Below, piece by piece: positions 35,501 through 43,326 of a DNA stretch of 64,000 bases. Made by a program: the position numbers and the translations under genes. Every line of letters begins with the position of its first letter. Position 1 is the first letter of the stretch. The DNA comes from an uncultured virus (IMG/VR IMGVR_UViG_3300048576_000587) (taxonomy: Duplodnaviria; Heunggongvirae; Uroviricota; Caudoviricetes): IMG/VR virus record IMGVR_UViG_3300048576_000587. One strand, written 5' to 3'. Below the pieces are notes generated by a model. It was not told the origin of the DNA. It saw only the letters and a program-made list of their open reading frames with translations, and did not search any database.

Positions 35501-37580
35501 TCCCCGGGTGGAATCCGCGGGCATGTATTCCCCGGAAATGATTGACCTTATGAAATCATCCAAGGATTACGCCAAATTTAGCGTCACTCATTACCTGGAG
35601 GATACGTTTGGCGGCCAGGGGACGGCCCGGGTGTATAAACAAATCGGTACCCTTTCTGACATCGAAAATCCTTTTGTGGCTACCGTTATTCAAGATATTT
35701 CGATGCTCCGAGCTGCGAAGATGAATGAGGCAAAAACGGCCGCACTAGACTTCTTGGGTTCCATCGGAGAAATTCAGCCGGCTGAAAAAGTTTATGATGC
35801 CAATATCAAAGGGCAGACCGCAAAGGAACCACGTGATCCGGAGATGAAAGTCTTTTCAATACTCAAAGACGGCGAGATGGAATCGTATTACGTTCATAAG
35901 GACATCGCGGAGAGTTTTGAGAAAAACCCATTCGAGGCCACCAAATTGGCAGAATTCGCCCAAAAATTAACCCGGCCAATTAAGGAAGTAATGGTAGCCA
36001 AGAATCCTCTCTGGATGGCAAGAAACGTTATTCGAGACTTTAAAGCGACGGTTAAAAATGTACCTGAGATCAGGGTGCGAGATTTGCCGAAACTAGCCAA
36101 GTATTATAATCAAGCTTTTCGGGATGTCATCCGGGAAGTGGCTCCGCTTAATCCGGTCCGTGAAATGTTCGGTAAAAAAACAAAAGATTTAAATCGGAGT
36201 GACGATATCTCAACCATGATGCAAGAATACATGCTTGCTCCTAATCGAAATTACTCCGGAGGAGATTATAATTTTGAGAATGAAATTGAACGATTAACTA
36301 CCGAATTTCATGTTAACCCGGGAGCCGCCATTAAGGAACGTGGAGCAAGGGGCAATCTAAAACGAGCCTGGGATGCCCTAGAACGGTTTGGAAGGGTTTC
36401 CGAGATGACTGGGAAGGTAGCTGGGTTTAAGTACCTTAAAAACGAAACCGGTCTTTCTACCGGTGAAATCGGTCAGACTGTTCGAACCCGGATCGGGACC
36501 CCGGACGCCCGGCGCCAGGGAGCGCTTCATCAACTCACCAATAATGTATTTATGTTTAGCAATATCGGCAAAGAGGGACTTCGTTCATCTATCGAGGCAT
36601 TCAACAAAAACCGGGGCGCGTTTATTTGGAAAACGATGCTCGTTAATGTGATACCAAAACTTATGTTGGTTGGAGCGGCGGCATTCGGTTCGGATAAACT
36701 CAAGGAACTTATTGCCAAAATTCCTGAGTACGACAAACAAATGTATGATGTTATCCCCATGGGGACCAATAAGGAAGGAAAGGCGGTTTATTTAAGGATT
36801 CCGCAAGATTATGAGGGGCAAATGTGGGGGGCGCTTACCTGGGCATTATCGGGAGGAAGGTTTGTTGGGGCTCGTGGAGTGATGGACACCATTGGGCAGC
36901 AGAACCCTTATAATTTGAACCCAATATTAAAAATCGCTAGAGACCTGTATACCTATTATGTTAAAGGTCAAAATCCCACGGATGACTTCCGGGGCCGTCC
37001 AATCATTCCGGAAAAAGCATATCAGGCAGGTGGATGGCCCGCGCATAAAGCCATGATTAAAGATGTCTGGCAGAGCTCCGGAGGAAGCGCCATTTATACC
37101 CCAAATGATTATTCCGAAAAAAATATGTCGGCTATGGAACGGGCGTTAAAAATGCCCGGGTTGAATGTATTAGGGGCTTTCTTGAAAATCTCCGACCGGG
37201 GAGAAATTGAGAAGTATTATGATGAAGAAGATAAAGAGAAACAGGTCAACGCCAGGCGGCTGATTAAAATCGAAGATCAGGTAATCAAACAAGTAAAACA
37301 GATTAATGGCGTCCCGTCCATCAGCCAGATGATGACAACTTATAAAGCACTTAAAAAAGATGGATTGGTCAAAGATGGAACGTCATTTTCAGAGTTTCGA
37401 AATCAATATCTCCGGTATGCCTCAAAGGTTATCCCGGACACCAATTTAAAGATTGTACTCAAGTTAAACAAAACAAATCGCAAAGCAAAACTGATGGAAT
37501 ATAAATCGACAATGCGACCGGCAGAATATGCTCAATTGGTCAGAAATTTACGGAAGATGGGATTGGCAGCAAGCGATTAA
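32517..37580 (+). CDS. Large internal virion/polyvalent protein (HExxH zincin motif, LPD38-like C-terminal region)
   Basis: 1687 aa; GNIDLNNRP.VKN.D.SISTVRS N-terminal module, SHEIGH, IPEYDK..Y..IP...YLRIP. Confidence 0.8.
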   Translation: MLGTELFGSSSTISKKKPGKYINGEQLFGKFSVQDNIPGMTETGNIDLNNRPRVKNPDDSISTVRSMGVNIDGQEVLIPTVSDDGRVMSDDEAIQQYMKTGKHLGKFKTIEASNAYAKQLHNDQEKLLNEQSQNQNKASFDPFGSVYNSLQMGAGEFNTGLAKLVESPVNLVRTAINTVNPKAQLPEWNPLSSFTQGQAEPYAQKTQELATNPSNQGFQLAGNMLAQIPQDLSLLAGNEAALGSIVSKTPWLSKLGPELQAFVKGVTTAPGYTLSKTAISEGRLPTAEEYGKDLVFFGAAPLGGQAVAKSFEKLLPDAPKFISGGLEGAAEGATGLTATYPLATDEEKSNYNSNYLPTAVSMGLLKAGPGLMTDLSGAKIKPGAEKVPVNFGQNDNRNISPKTEINNRNTLRGEDIFGPTQEIQSGINQEKTQTVPPTQSEQTTGNRGRTKNIPGDMGEDIRVKVPGGKNNADMGGYAYEREAIPPGPEPNPNKNSQSNNQSSSQTSTGAADVSSIEMPELVELVKQINDGKVPHVKEQLGNALGLFSHSNGPDGKGDIKLRADIFKDPALATRVMSHEIGHMVDWLPDKTLSRGNILGRIGSFQNFMKRVLPEKPGALGELTEADRLRLKKQAEQMVNGQKAGTVQNPPGITPKDVLDIWNDVNAFQKNKPLFDYIKKLSGAEKKQILKDAFAGQVNFTLPGQKPAGNYNDWSAEIKAKYQDLIHQEILKRKLFEYETVNNELKNLSQRWKPFDPAKDRKYTAYRFSSKELYADSISVLFNNPNLLKQEAPNFYKAFFNYLENKPRVKAVYEDIQNRLTNPVTTGQNRLEGAYKMLEEGNKARAEAVKRGIPKLKDIPDSLEKLLIDRDQSLLKQIRKGTKQGGNTAKLAANARQELEETKYMAAEANDYVFNLNKSVIKPMSDAGLSMEDMGVYLLAKRASTERSTIANPRGLDEKAAKQMLGNLKIKLGDPKYNALEKSVESYRTLREKTIIPRVESAGMYSPEMIDLMKSSKDYAKFSVTHYLEDTFGGQGTARVYKQIGTLSDIENPFVATVIQDISMLRAAKMNEAKTAALDFLGSIGEIQPAEKVYDANIKGQTAKEPRDPEMKVFSILKDGEMESYYVHKDIAESFEKNPFEATKLAEFAQKLTRPIKEVMVAKNPLWMARNVIRDFKATVKNVPEIRVRDLPKLAKYYNQAFRDVIREVAPLNPVREMFGKKTKDLNRSDDISTMMQEYMLAPNRNYSGGDYNFENEIERLTTEFHVNPGAAIKERGARGNLKRAWDALERFGRVSEMTGKVAGFKYLKNETGLSTGEIGQTVRTRIGTPDARRQGALHQLTNNVFMFSNIGKEGLRSSIEAFNKNRGAFIWKTMLVNVIPKLMLVGAAAFGSDKLKELIAKIPEYDKQMYDVIPMGTNKEGKAVYLRIPQDYEGQMWGALTWALSGGRFVGARGVMDTIGQQNPYNLNPILKIARDLYTYYVKGQNPTDDFRGRPIIPEKAYQAGGWPAHKAMIKDVWQSSGGSAIYTPNDYSEKNMSAMERALKMPGLNVLGAFLKISDRGEIEKYYDEEDKEKQVNARRLIKIEDQVIKQVKQINGVPSISQMMTTYKALKKDGLVKDGTSFSEFRNQYLRYASKVIPDTNLKIVLKLNKTNRKAKLMEYKSTMRPAEYAQLVRNLRKMGLAASD

Positions 37581-37637
37581 GGTTTTAAAGGCCGCTCAGT
37601 AATGGGCGGCTTTGATATTTATAAGGTGGTGGTTTAT

Positions 37638-37802
37638 ATGTCGGAAATTGACGTTTGTGTCGGTAAATTAGAGGAAAGGGTGGAGAATATGGAAAAACAA
37701 ACCGAAAAGCTAACCGCAAAAGTGGAAAGCTTTCAGACATGGTTTCTCCTTACTTTGGGAGGGCTAGCAGTCAATCTCATTGTTTTATTAGTAAAAAGAT
37801 AG
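37638..37802 (+). CDS. XhlA-like holin/lysis membrane protein
   Basis: Coiled coil plus a single C-terminal TM segment, upstream of the lysin. Confidence 0.65.
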   Translation: MSEIDVCVGKLEERVENMEKQTEKLTAKVESFQTWFLLTLGGLAVNLIVLLVKR

Positions 37803-37816
37803 ATGGGGAGAACATT

Positions 37817-38413
37817 ATGAAACCTGTTACATTAAATCAAATTATTTCAACGATGCAACGGAAAAAATATACTGTTTTTGAAATGAACGACCGGGACTAT
37901 AATCTTAACCTGGTTGGAATACGGTCGAGGGACCTGACCCCAAATACCTTCAATGATCAACTTTGGGTGTTCTGGAAAAGCAAAAATGCCGGCAAATGGA
38001 ATAATATTCATATTTATGCCATTACGACCGACCCGGGTTTATACTGGCTCCAAAATCCAATGAATCCAAATGGAACCGGGATTTTAAAGCCCGGGCAATA
38101 TCCGGGATTGTGGAAAATTGGGATACATAAAAATTATGAGGCTTTAGTCCAAGCATCTCCCTGCACATTGATCCGGGATTACAACCGGGATAACAAGCTT
38201 GACTACTTTTCCGGCCGGGAGGAAACCGGGCTTTTTGGCGTTAACTTGCACCACGCCGGGGAAAATTCGGAGACTGTGGATAAATTCTCAGCAGGTTGCC
38301 AGGTTTTTAAACGGATCGTCGATTTTAACGAGTTTATGGATCTGGCGCGGAAAGCCCGGGGCATTTGGGGAAACTCATTTACCTATACGCTGATGGCTGA
38401 GGATGAGATATGA
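37817..38413 (+). CDS. Putative endolysin with an L,D-transpeptidase (YkuD)-like catalytic motif
   Basis: NLVGIR...TTDPG...GVNLHHAG...SAGCQV; lies between holin-like and spanin-like genes. Confidence 0.7.
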   Translation: MKPVTLNQIISTMQRKKYTVFEMNDRDYNLNLVGIRSRDLTPNTFNDQLWVFWKSKNAGKWNNIHIYAITTDPGLYWLQNPMNPNGTGILKPGQYPGLWKIGIHKNYEALVQASPCTLIRDYNRDNKLDYFSGREETGLFGVNLHHAGENSETVDKFSAGCQVFKRIVDFNEFMDLARKARGIWGNSFTYTLMAEDEI

Positions 38414-38440
38414 TAAACAAGAAATCGGAGGCGACCCGCG

Positions 38441-38986
38441 ATTAAAAAGATATTTAATGTAGTTTTACATCTAATTGTTTTGGCCGCCGGAATTACCGGC
38501 GGTGTTTTTATAGCGCGGCTTTTCCCTGGTTTGGTTCCAAAAGTCAAACCCAAAGTTATCACCGTAACCGAACCGGCTAAAATGATATACGTATCCGTTC
38601 CCAGTCCAGTACCGGTTCCCATTGAAAAGATAATTTATCGGGAAGGCAAAATATCGTTTACCCAAGATGTACCGTTTGACAATACGATTTCCACTACTTC
38701 GGTGGATATCCAATTCTCGGGGACCCATCACGTAACCATGGAGAACAATTTATTATCCATTATCGATGAAATTAACGGAGAAGCAAAGGTGACCATGCGG
38801 ATATCCGAAAAACCGTTATCCTTCAATGAGATGGGCCCGTTTTTCAGTACGGCATCTGGAAGCGGAATATACTACCGCCGGTATTTCGACCAAGTACTTA
38901 TATTTTGTCCCTGGGCTGAAATCCGGACGCCGTTTGCGGATGTAAAAAACACTGAAATAACGATCGGATTCCCGGTAAAATTTTAA
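38441..38986 (+). CDS. Membrane-anchored lysis accessory (spanin-like) protein; probable ATT start
   Basis: N-terminal TM segment, Pro/Val-rich linker, beta-rich C-terminus ending in Phe; last gene of the lysis cassette. Confidence 0.55.
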   Translation: MKKIFNVVLHLIVLAAGITGGVFIARLFPGLVPKVKPKVITVTEPAKMIYVSVPSPVPVPIEKIIYREGKISFTQDVPFDNTISTTSVDIQFSGTHHVTMENNLLSIIDEINGEAKVTMRISEKPLSFNEMGPFFSTASGSGIYYRRYFDQVLIFCPWAEIRTPFADVKNTEITIGFPVKF

Positions 38987-39284
38987 TATTGCCCACGGAA
39001 TTTTTTAAAGGTTAAGACGGGACTTGGCTTTGTCGCCCATTGCAATCATTTTGCAGTTTTAAGCGGTAATTTTAAGATAAAATCATAGCATGGAAAGAAA
39101 TACAATGGGTCACGGTAAAAATATTCATTAATCAATTTTTGGTGCGCCGTTTTTCGGAGGGTAAATATGCCGTTGATAGGCAGGGGTGGGGCCTGGCATA
39201 TATTTTTTATTTGTAATATTATCCGAATGAATCATCGGGTTTCTACAAAGAAATCGCGAAGAACTGGATTTTAATTGCAGGTTG

Positions 39285-39316
39285 AACGCCAAGGTAATTT
39301 ACCGAGGCGTTTTTTT
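39285..39316 (+). terminator. Intrinsic terminator upstream of tail cluster 1
   Basis: AACGCC..GGTAA.TTACC..GGCGTT plus T tract. Confidence 0.6.
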
Positions 39317-39447
39317 AAGTGTGCGCGGTAAAGCGCGCGTGCCCCGGCAGGAGGTGGGGACAGGTGGTTTCATCCGTTTAAAGTGTAAGGGTATGATTTT
39401 GGCTCACGCGCACACGAGTGACCGGTTTAAAGGAGGACTATAAAGCC

Positions 39448-40290
39448 ATGCGTCAGGCGATAAAGACACAATTGATCGCAGAGATATCCGAGATTGGAGG
39501 GCGCTGTTACGAACCCCATGAAGTAACTTCGTCAACTACTAAACCTTACTTGATGATTCGTCAGGGAATTGAAAAAGAAGTGAATTCATGGAGTGGGTTT
39601 CAAAGAACATTTGAAATTTGGCCTTACGCCGATGTAACTGATACGTTTGTAACGGTAGACACCCTGGCGGCAAAAGTGAATGCCGCCTTGGAAAAACAGT
39701 TGTTGGAAACCGGGGACAATCGAAGTTTTAGTTGTTTCAGTTTGGGAACAGCGGGAACTGATTTGGTGGACAATACTTCCAATGGGATCACCCGGGGATT
39801 ATTATTTGGCGTAATCGGAGTTCAACCCGTGAAAGTAACCGATCCCGTATCCGCCGATCTTTGGCTTGACACACTGGTGGATTGGACCCGTGATCTGTTG
39901 GGGGAAACCTGGACAGTCTATTGCAATATTTGGCCGCTTGGTTATGTCCGTCCGGCGGTATTGTGGCGGATAGCCAATATTGAAGCCAAAAACCAGAGTC
40001 CCCGAACTTATACGGTCCGAAAAGTCATGATCGGGCATGTGCTGGGGAGCACTCCCAACCAGCAGATGGCCGGGGTACTGGGAGTGCTTCAACAATTGCG
40101 CAACGACACCAAATTGTTGCTGGATGAGGTGAATAAACAGTATTTGACGGTAGAGGAAGTTTCCGGTGATTACCAGGCTGATCCGCTAAACAAAGGCCAA
40201 ATTACGGTTATCTTAAGCAAGCTAAGCGCCAGAACAGCCGAAGAAGCCCCGTTGATGAGCGCCATACACGATACCGGTATAATTATTTAA
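39448..40290 (+). CDS. Putative tail completion/terminator protein
   Basis: First gene upstream of the sheath; AAGGAGG RBS and ATG 39448; KPYL.I motif. Confidence 0.6.
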   Translation: MRQAIKTQLIAEISEIGGRCYEPHEVTSSTTKPYLMIRQGIEKEVNSWSGFQRTFEIWPYADVTDTFVTVDTLAAKVNAALEKQLLETGDNRSFSCFSLGTAGTDLVDNTSNGITRGLLFGVIGVQPVKVTDPVSADLWLDTLVDWTRDLLGETWTVYCNIWPLGYVRPAVLWRIANIEAKNQSPRTYTVRKVMIGHVLGSTPNQQMAGVLGVLQQLRNDTKLLLDEVNKQYLTVEEVSGDYQADPLNKGQITVILSKLSARTAEEAPLMSAIHDTGIII

Positions 40291-40366
40291 GACCGTTTCA
40301 CTGACCAAGATCATGGTCTTTTTTAATTTTTATATAAAAAATACTTAAGGAAATGAGGCGAATCAA

Positions 40367-40564
40367 GTGGTTACTAAAAAGAACATTGATCCGGCGGAGC
40401 CCAAATATCTACTGGAGGAATTAACAGCCCATTCGGATGCGCTTTTTGGGTGCCGCCCGGAAGCGGTGACAGGAGCAGTCCATGGCAAAAGCAAGAATGA
40501 GTATACTGTCGCCGAGATGCGACAGCTCATTAATAACTTTTTGAACAGGAAGGTGAATGGTTAA
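40367..40564 (+). CDS. Small pre-sheath protein (YqzN/YkzM-like)
   Basis: ALFG..PE...GA......YT..E...I..FL.RKV. Confidence 0.65.
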   Translation: MVTKKNIDPAEPKYLLEELTAHSDALFGCRPEAVTGAVHGKSKNEYTVAEMRQLINNFLNRKVNG

Positions 40565-42024
40565 TGGCAGGAGGAACATGGAGTCCAACTGAATTACCGG
40601 TACTCCCCGGTCTATACTTAAACTTTCAGGCGGCGGCTTTGGCGGCGATTCAGCCTGGCGCCCGCGGTGTAGTCGTCGCCCCGGTGAAAGCCCCTTGGGG
40701 TCCGGTGCGTGAATTTGTAGAAATCACCAGTGAAGCCGGTATCATCGAAAATTATACCGGGGATCAAAGCAATGGGTTCACGGCTTATACGACGTTACGG
40801 ATGGCGTTAATGGGCGGGGCCAAAAAAATTCTGGCCTATCGCCTGGCGGATACAAATGCCACTGCAGCCTCAGTAATGTTGCAAGATGATACGGCAACGG
40901 TTGATGTAATCCGGTTGGTGACCAAATATCCAAGCGATCGCGATTTCAAGGGTACCGTACAACCGAATCTAATTGATAATACCAAGAAAGACCTTAAATT
41001 ATTTGAAGGAACAAGCCTATTAAAGACGTTCACCTTTACTAACGGCAGTATTCAAAGCGTGGTGGACGCCATCAATAACGACACCGGAAATAAATGGATC
41101 ACGGCAACCAGATTAACGGAAGGTACCGGTGTATTGGGCAATGTTAATAATGTGGCGTTAACCGGTGGTAATTCCGGGGTTGCCAATATCCTGGCGGCCG
41201 ATTATGTGAATGCTTTATCAGCCTTTGAAACCCAGGAGTTTAACATTCTTACGCTGGACGGCGTGTATGATGAATCGATTCAAACCAGCGTAAAATCATG
41301 GGTGAGCCGGGTCAGAAGTGAAGGTAAAGGTGTGATTGCGGTTATGGGCGGTTCCGCCGCGGATGATACCGCTTCCGATGCGGTGAATAAAGCAGTGGCC
41401 CGCAGCGCCGGATTTAATCATGAAGGGATTGTCAACGTGGGCGTGGGTGTGAACCTGGATGGTGTAAATTACTGTTCGGCCCAAGTAGCGGCTTACGTCG
41501 CCGGTTTGATCGCCGGGCAAAAACTTAGTGAGTCCACCACATATGCGGCGTCACCGTTCGATGATGTCACCCGCCGCTGGAGCCGGAGTGAACAGGAACA
41601 GGCAGTTCGAAACGGTGTATTTTTACTGTTCCATGACGGCCGGATGGTGAAAGTCTTACGGGGCATGAACAGCCTGATCAGCTTACGTCAGGGCCAAAAC
41701 AATTCCTGGAAAAAGATCCGGGCTATCCGGGTAATGGATGCCATTAACGCTGACTTAATGAGGGCCGCCGAGGATAACTATATCGGCAAGGTCAATAACA
41801 CCGAAGAAGGCCGGCTGGCTTTAATCGGGGCTTGTAAGCAATACATGCAGACTTTGTCCCAGGGAGGCGTTATCGAGGCTACCGGATTTGATGTTTATAT
41901 GAATCCGGTCTATTACGGCCCGAGCGCTGTAATCACTCCGGAGCCCGACCAGGTCTACCTGAAGTGGGAAGCCCGGTTGACCGATGTCATGGAAATCATC
42001 TTAGGCACCTTTATCGTGAAATAA
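40564..42024 (+). CDS. Contractile tail sheath (XkdK-like)
   Basis: MAGGTW...PGLYLNF, PVKAPWGP, KIRAIRVMD, YIGKVNN. Confidence 0.93.
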   Translation: MAGGTWSPTELPVLPGLYLNFQAAALAAIQPGARGVVVAPVKAPWGPVREFVEITSEAGIIENYTGDQSNGFTAYTTLRMALMGGAKKILAYRLADTNATAASVMLQDDTATVDVIRLVTKYPSDRDFKGTVQPNLIDNTKKDLKLFEGTSLLKTFTFTNGSIQSVVDAINNDTGNKWITATRLTEGTGVLGNVNNVALTGGNSGVANILAADYVNALSAFETQEFNILTLDGVYDESIQTSVKSWVSRVRSEGKGVIAVMGGSAADDTASDAVNKAVARSAGFNHEGIVNVGVGVNLDGVNYCSAQVAAYVAGLIAGQKLSESTTYAASPFDDVTRRWSRSEQEQAVRNGVFLLFHDGRMVKVLRGMNSLISLRQGQNNSWKKIRAIRVMDAINADLMRAAEDNYIGKVNNTEEGRLALIGACKQYMQTLSQGGVIEATGFDVYMNPVYYGPSAVITPEPDQVYLKWEARLTDVMEIILGTFIVK

Positions 42025-42068
42025 GGGTAACTAGCTTCACTATAGACTTTTAAGAGGAGGATAAACAA

Positions 42069-42497
42069 ATGGCAGGTATTGATCCCGGCCGCGTGATTAA
42101 CGGAACGTTCGGTTCCTTGTATCTGGACGGCAAATGGTTGACCAATTTCACACATTGTGAGATTAAGGATGAATATGAGTACACCGATCTGAAACTCGCC
42201 GGTGACCGGCGGGTCAAGCATAAGCTGGTGGGCGTCAAGGGCAGCGGGACCATCGGCGGTTACAAAGTCACCAGTGAACTCCAAAAAGCACTGGCGGAGA
42301 ACCCCACCCGCACCTTTGAAATCATCAGTAAGATCGAGGACCCGGAGAGCTATGGCAAGGAACGGATCCGGATTCCCAGCGTCAAATTTACCGCCAATCC
42401 GCTGGCCAAATGGAAGAACGGTGAGGTGGTCGAGGAAGAATGGAGCTTCAACTTCGACGATGAACCGGAGTTTGTGGATCCGATTGTGGCGAATTAA
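42069..42497 (+). CDS. Tail tube (XkdM-like)
   Basis: RVINGTFG...HK..G.KGSGT..YKVTS...DP..G.ERI...EEEWSF.F. Confidence 0.92.
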   Translation: MAGIDPGRVINGTFGSLYLDGKWLTNFTHCEIKDEYEYTDLKLAGDRRVKHKLVGVKGSGTIGGYKVTSELQKALAENPTRTFEIISKIEDPESYGKERIRIPSVKFTANPLAKWKNGEVVEEEWSFNFDDEPEFVDPIVAN

Positions 42498-42521
42498 AGC
42501 AGTAATGTCATCTAACTGATT

Positions 42522-42562
42522 CATGGAAAGGGAGCCCGCGATTTTGGGTTCCCTTTCGCATG
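42522..42562 (+). terminator. Strong hairpin after the tube gene
   Basis: GAAAGGGAGCCC/GGGTTCCCTTTC. Confidence 0.55.
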
Positions 42563-42760
42563 TAACACGAAAATCGAAAAAAATTAATATAGACAGGATT
42601 TACGGGATGATGGAACATGAGAAATCTTGTTATATGAAAGTTTAATCCCCATTATCTTGTCAATCCCATTAATCCGGTCTAATTGTTTTCATCCTGGTTG
42701 TGCTTTGCAAGTATGGGCGGTAGTGTACATATTTCAATGAAATATACGGAGGTGGAATGA

Positions 42761-43165
42761 ATGGAATTCGATAAACTGAGCGAGGAACAGATTTTACAGC
42801 GGTTGCTTGATGCCGATACATTGCCGGAACGGACGGTTAAGCTGGAACGGCTGGGGATTCCGGTGACTTTGAAAGGCCTTACCGGGAAGCAGGTTTTCAA
42901 GATCCGGGAAAAATGCTCCACCCGCAGGGAAGTCCGGGGTCAAATTACCGAGGAGTTGGACGAGGAACAGTTAAACACCGCCCTGGTGGCGGCGGCTACC
43001 ACCAAACCCAATTGGGGTGATCCCAAACTTTTAGAGAAGTATAACGCTTCCAGCGCCGAGGAGGTTCTTAAACGGATCTTGCTGGCCGGTGAATTAGCGT
43101 CATTGAGTGATGCAGTTTTGGAGTTATCCGGTTTCGGCTATGAATTAGAAGACGTAAAAAACTGA
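42761..43165 (+). CDS. Tail assembly chaperone (XkdN-like)
   Basis: LLAGE...L...VLELSGF...VKN*; ends in the slippery sequence A AAA AAC. Confidence 0.88.
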   Translation: MEFDKLSEEQILQRLLDADTLPERTVKLERLGIPVTLKGLTGKQVFKIREKCSTRREVRGQITEELDEEQLNTALVAAATTKPNWGDPKLLEKYNASSAEEVLKRILLAGELASLSDAVLELSGFGYELEDVKN

Positions 43166-43326
43166 TCAACTCCGGTGGCTTAGCCGGGATGCTGCACGCC
43201 GTTTGGGTGCGGCATCACCTTCGCCCCGGAGATTTCTGGCGGCTGCCCCGTGGTGAGCAGCTATTTTTATTGGCAAGCATGGAACTGGAGCTGGAAGCGG
43301 AACTGAAGGCCCGGGAGGTGGAGTGA
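43156..43326 (+). CDS. -1 frameshift extension of chaperone 1
   Basis: Slippery AAAAAAC 43156-43162; -1 frame KLINSGGLAGMLHAVWVRHHLRPGDFWRLPRGEQLFLLASMELE... open to the tape measure start. Confidence 0.8.
   Translation, partial: KKLINSGGLAGMLHAVWVRHHLRPGDFWRLPRGEQLFLLASMELELEAELKAREVE

Larger units (their letters stand above)
23..39040. mobile_element. Temperate prophage with podovirus-like gene content; right boundary approximate
   Basis: Canonical order integrase, immunity, recombination/replication, terminase, portal, capsid, short tail, ejection proteins, lysis. No sheath, tube or tape measure inside this span. Confidence 0.9.

Noticed and set aside
39319..39415. c-di-GMP or other known riboswitch
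   Set aside because: Consensus elements were not recognisable by eye; kept only as an unassigned structured leader
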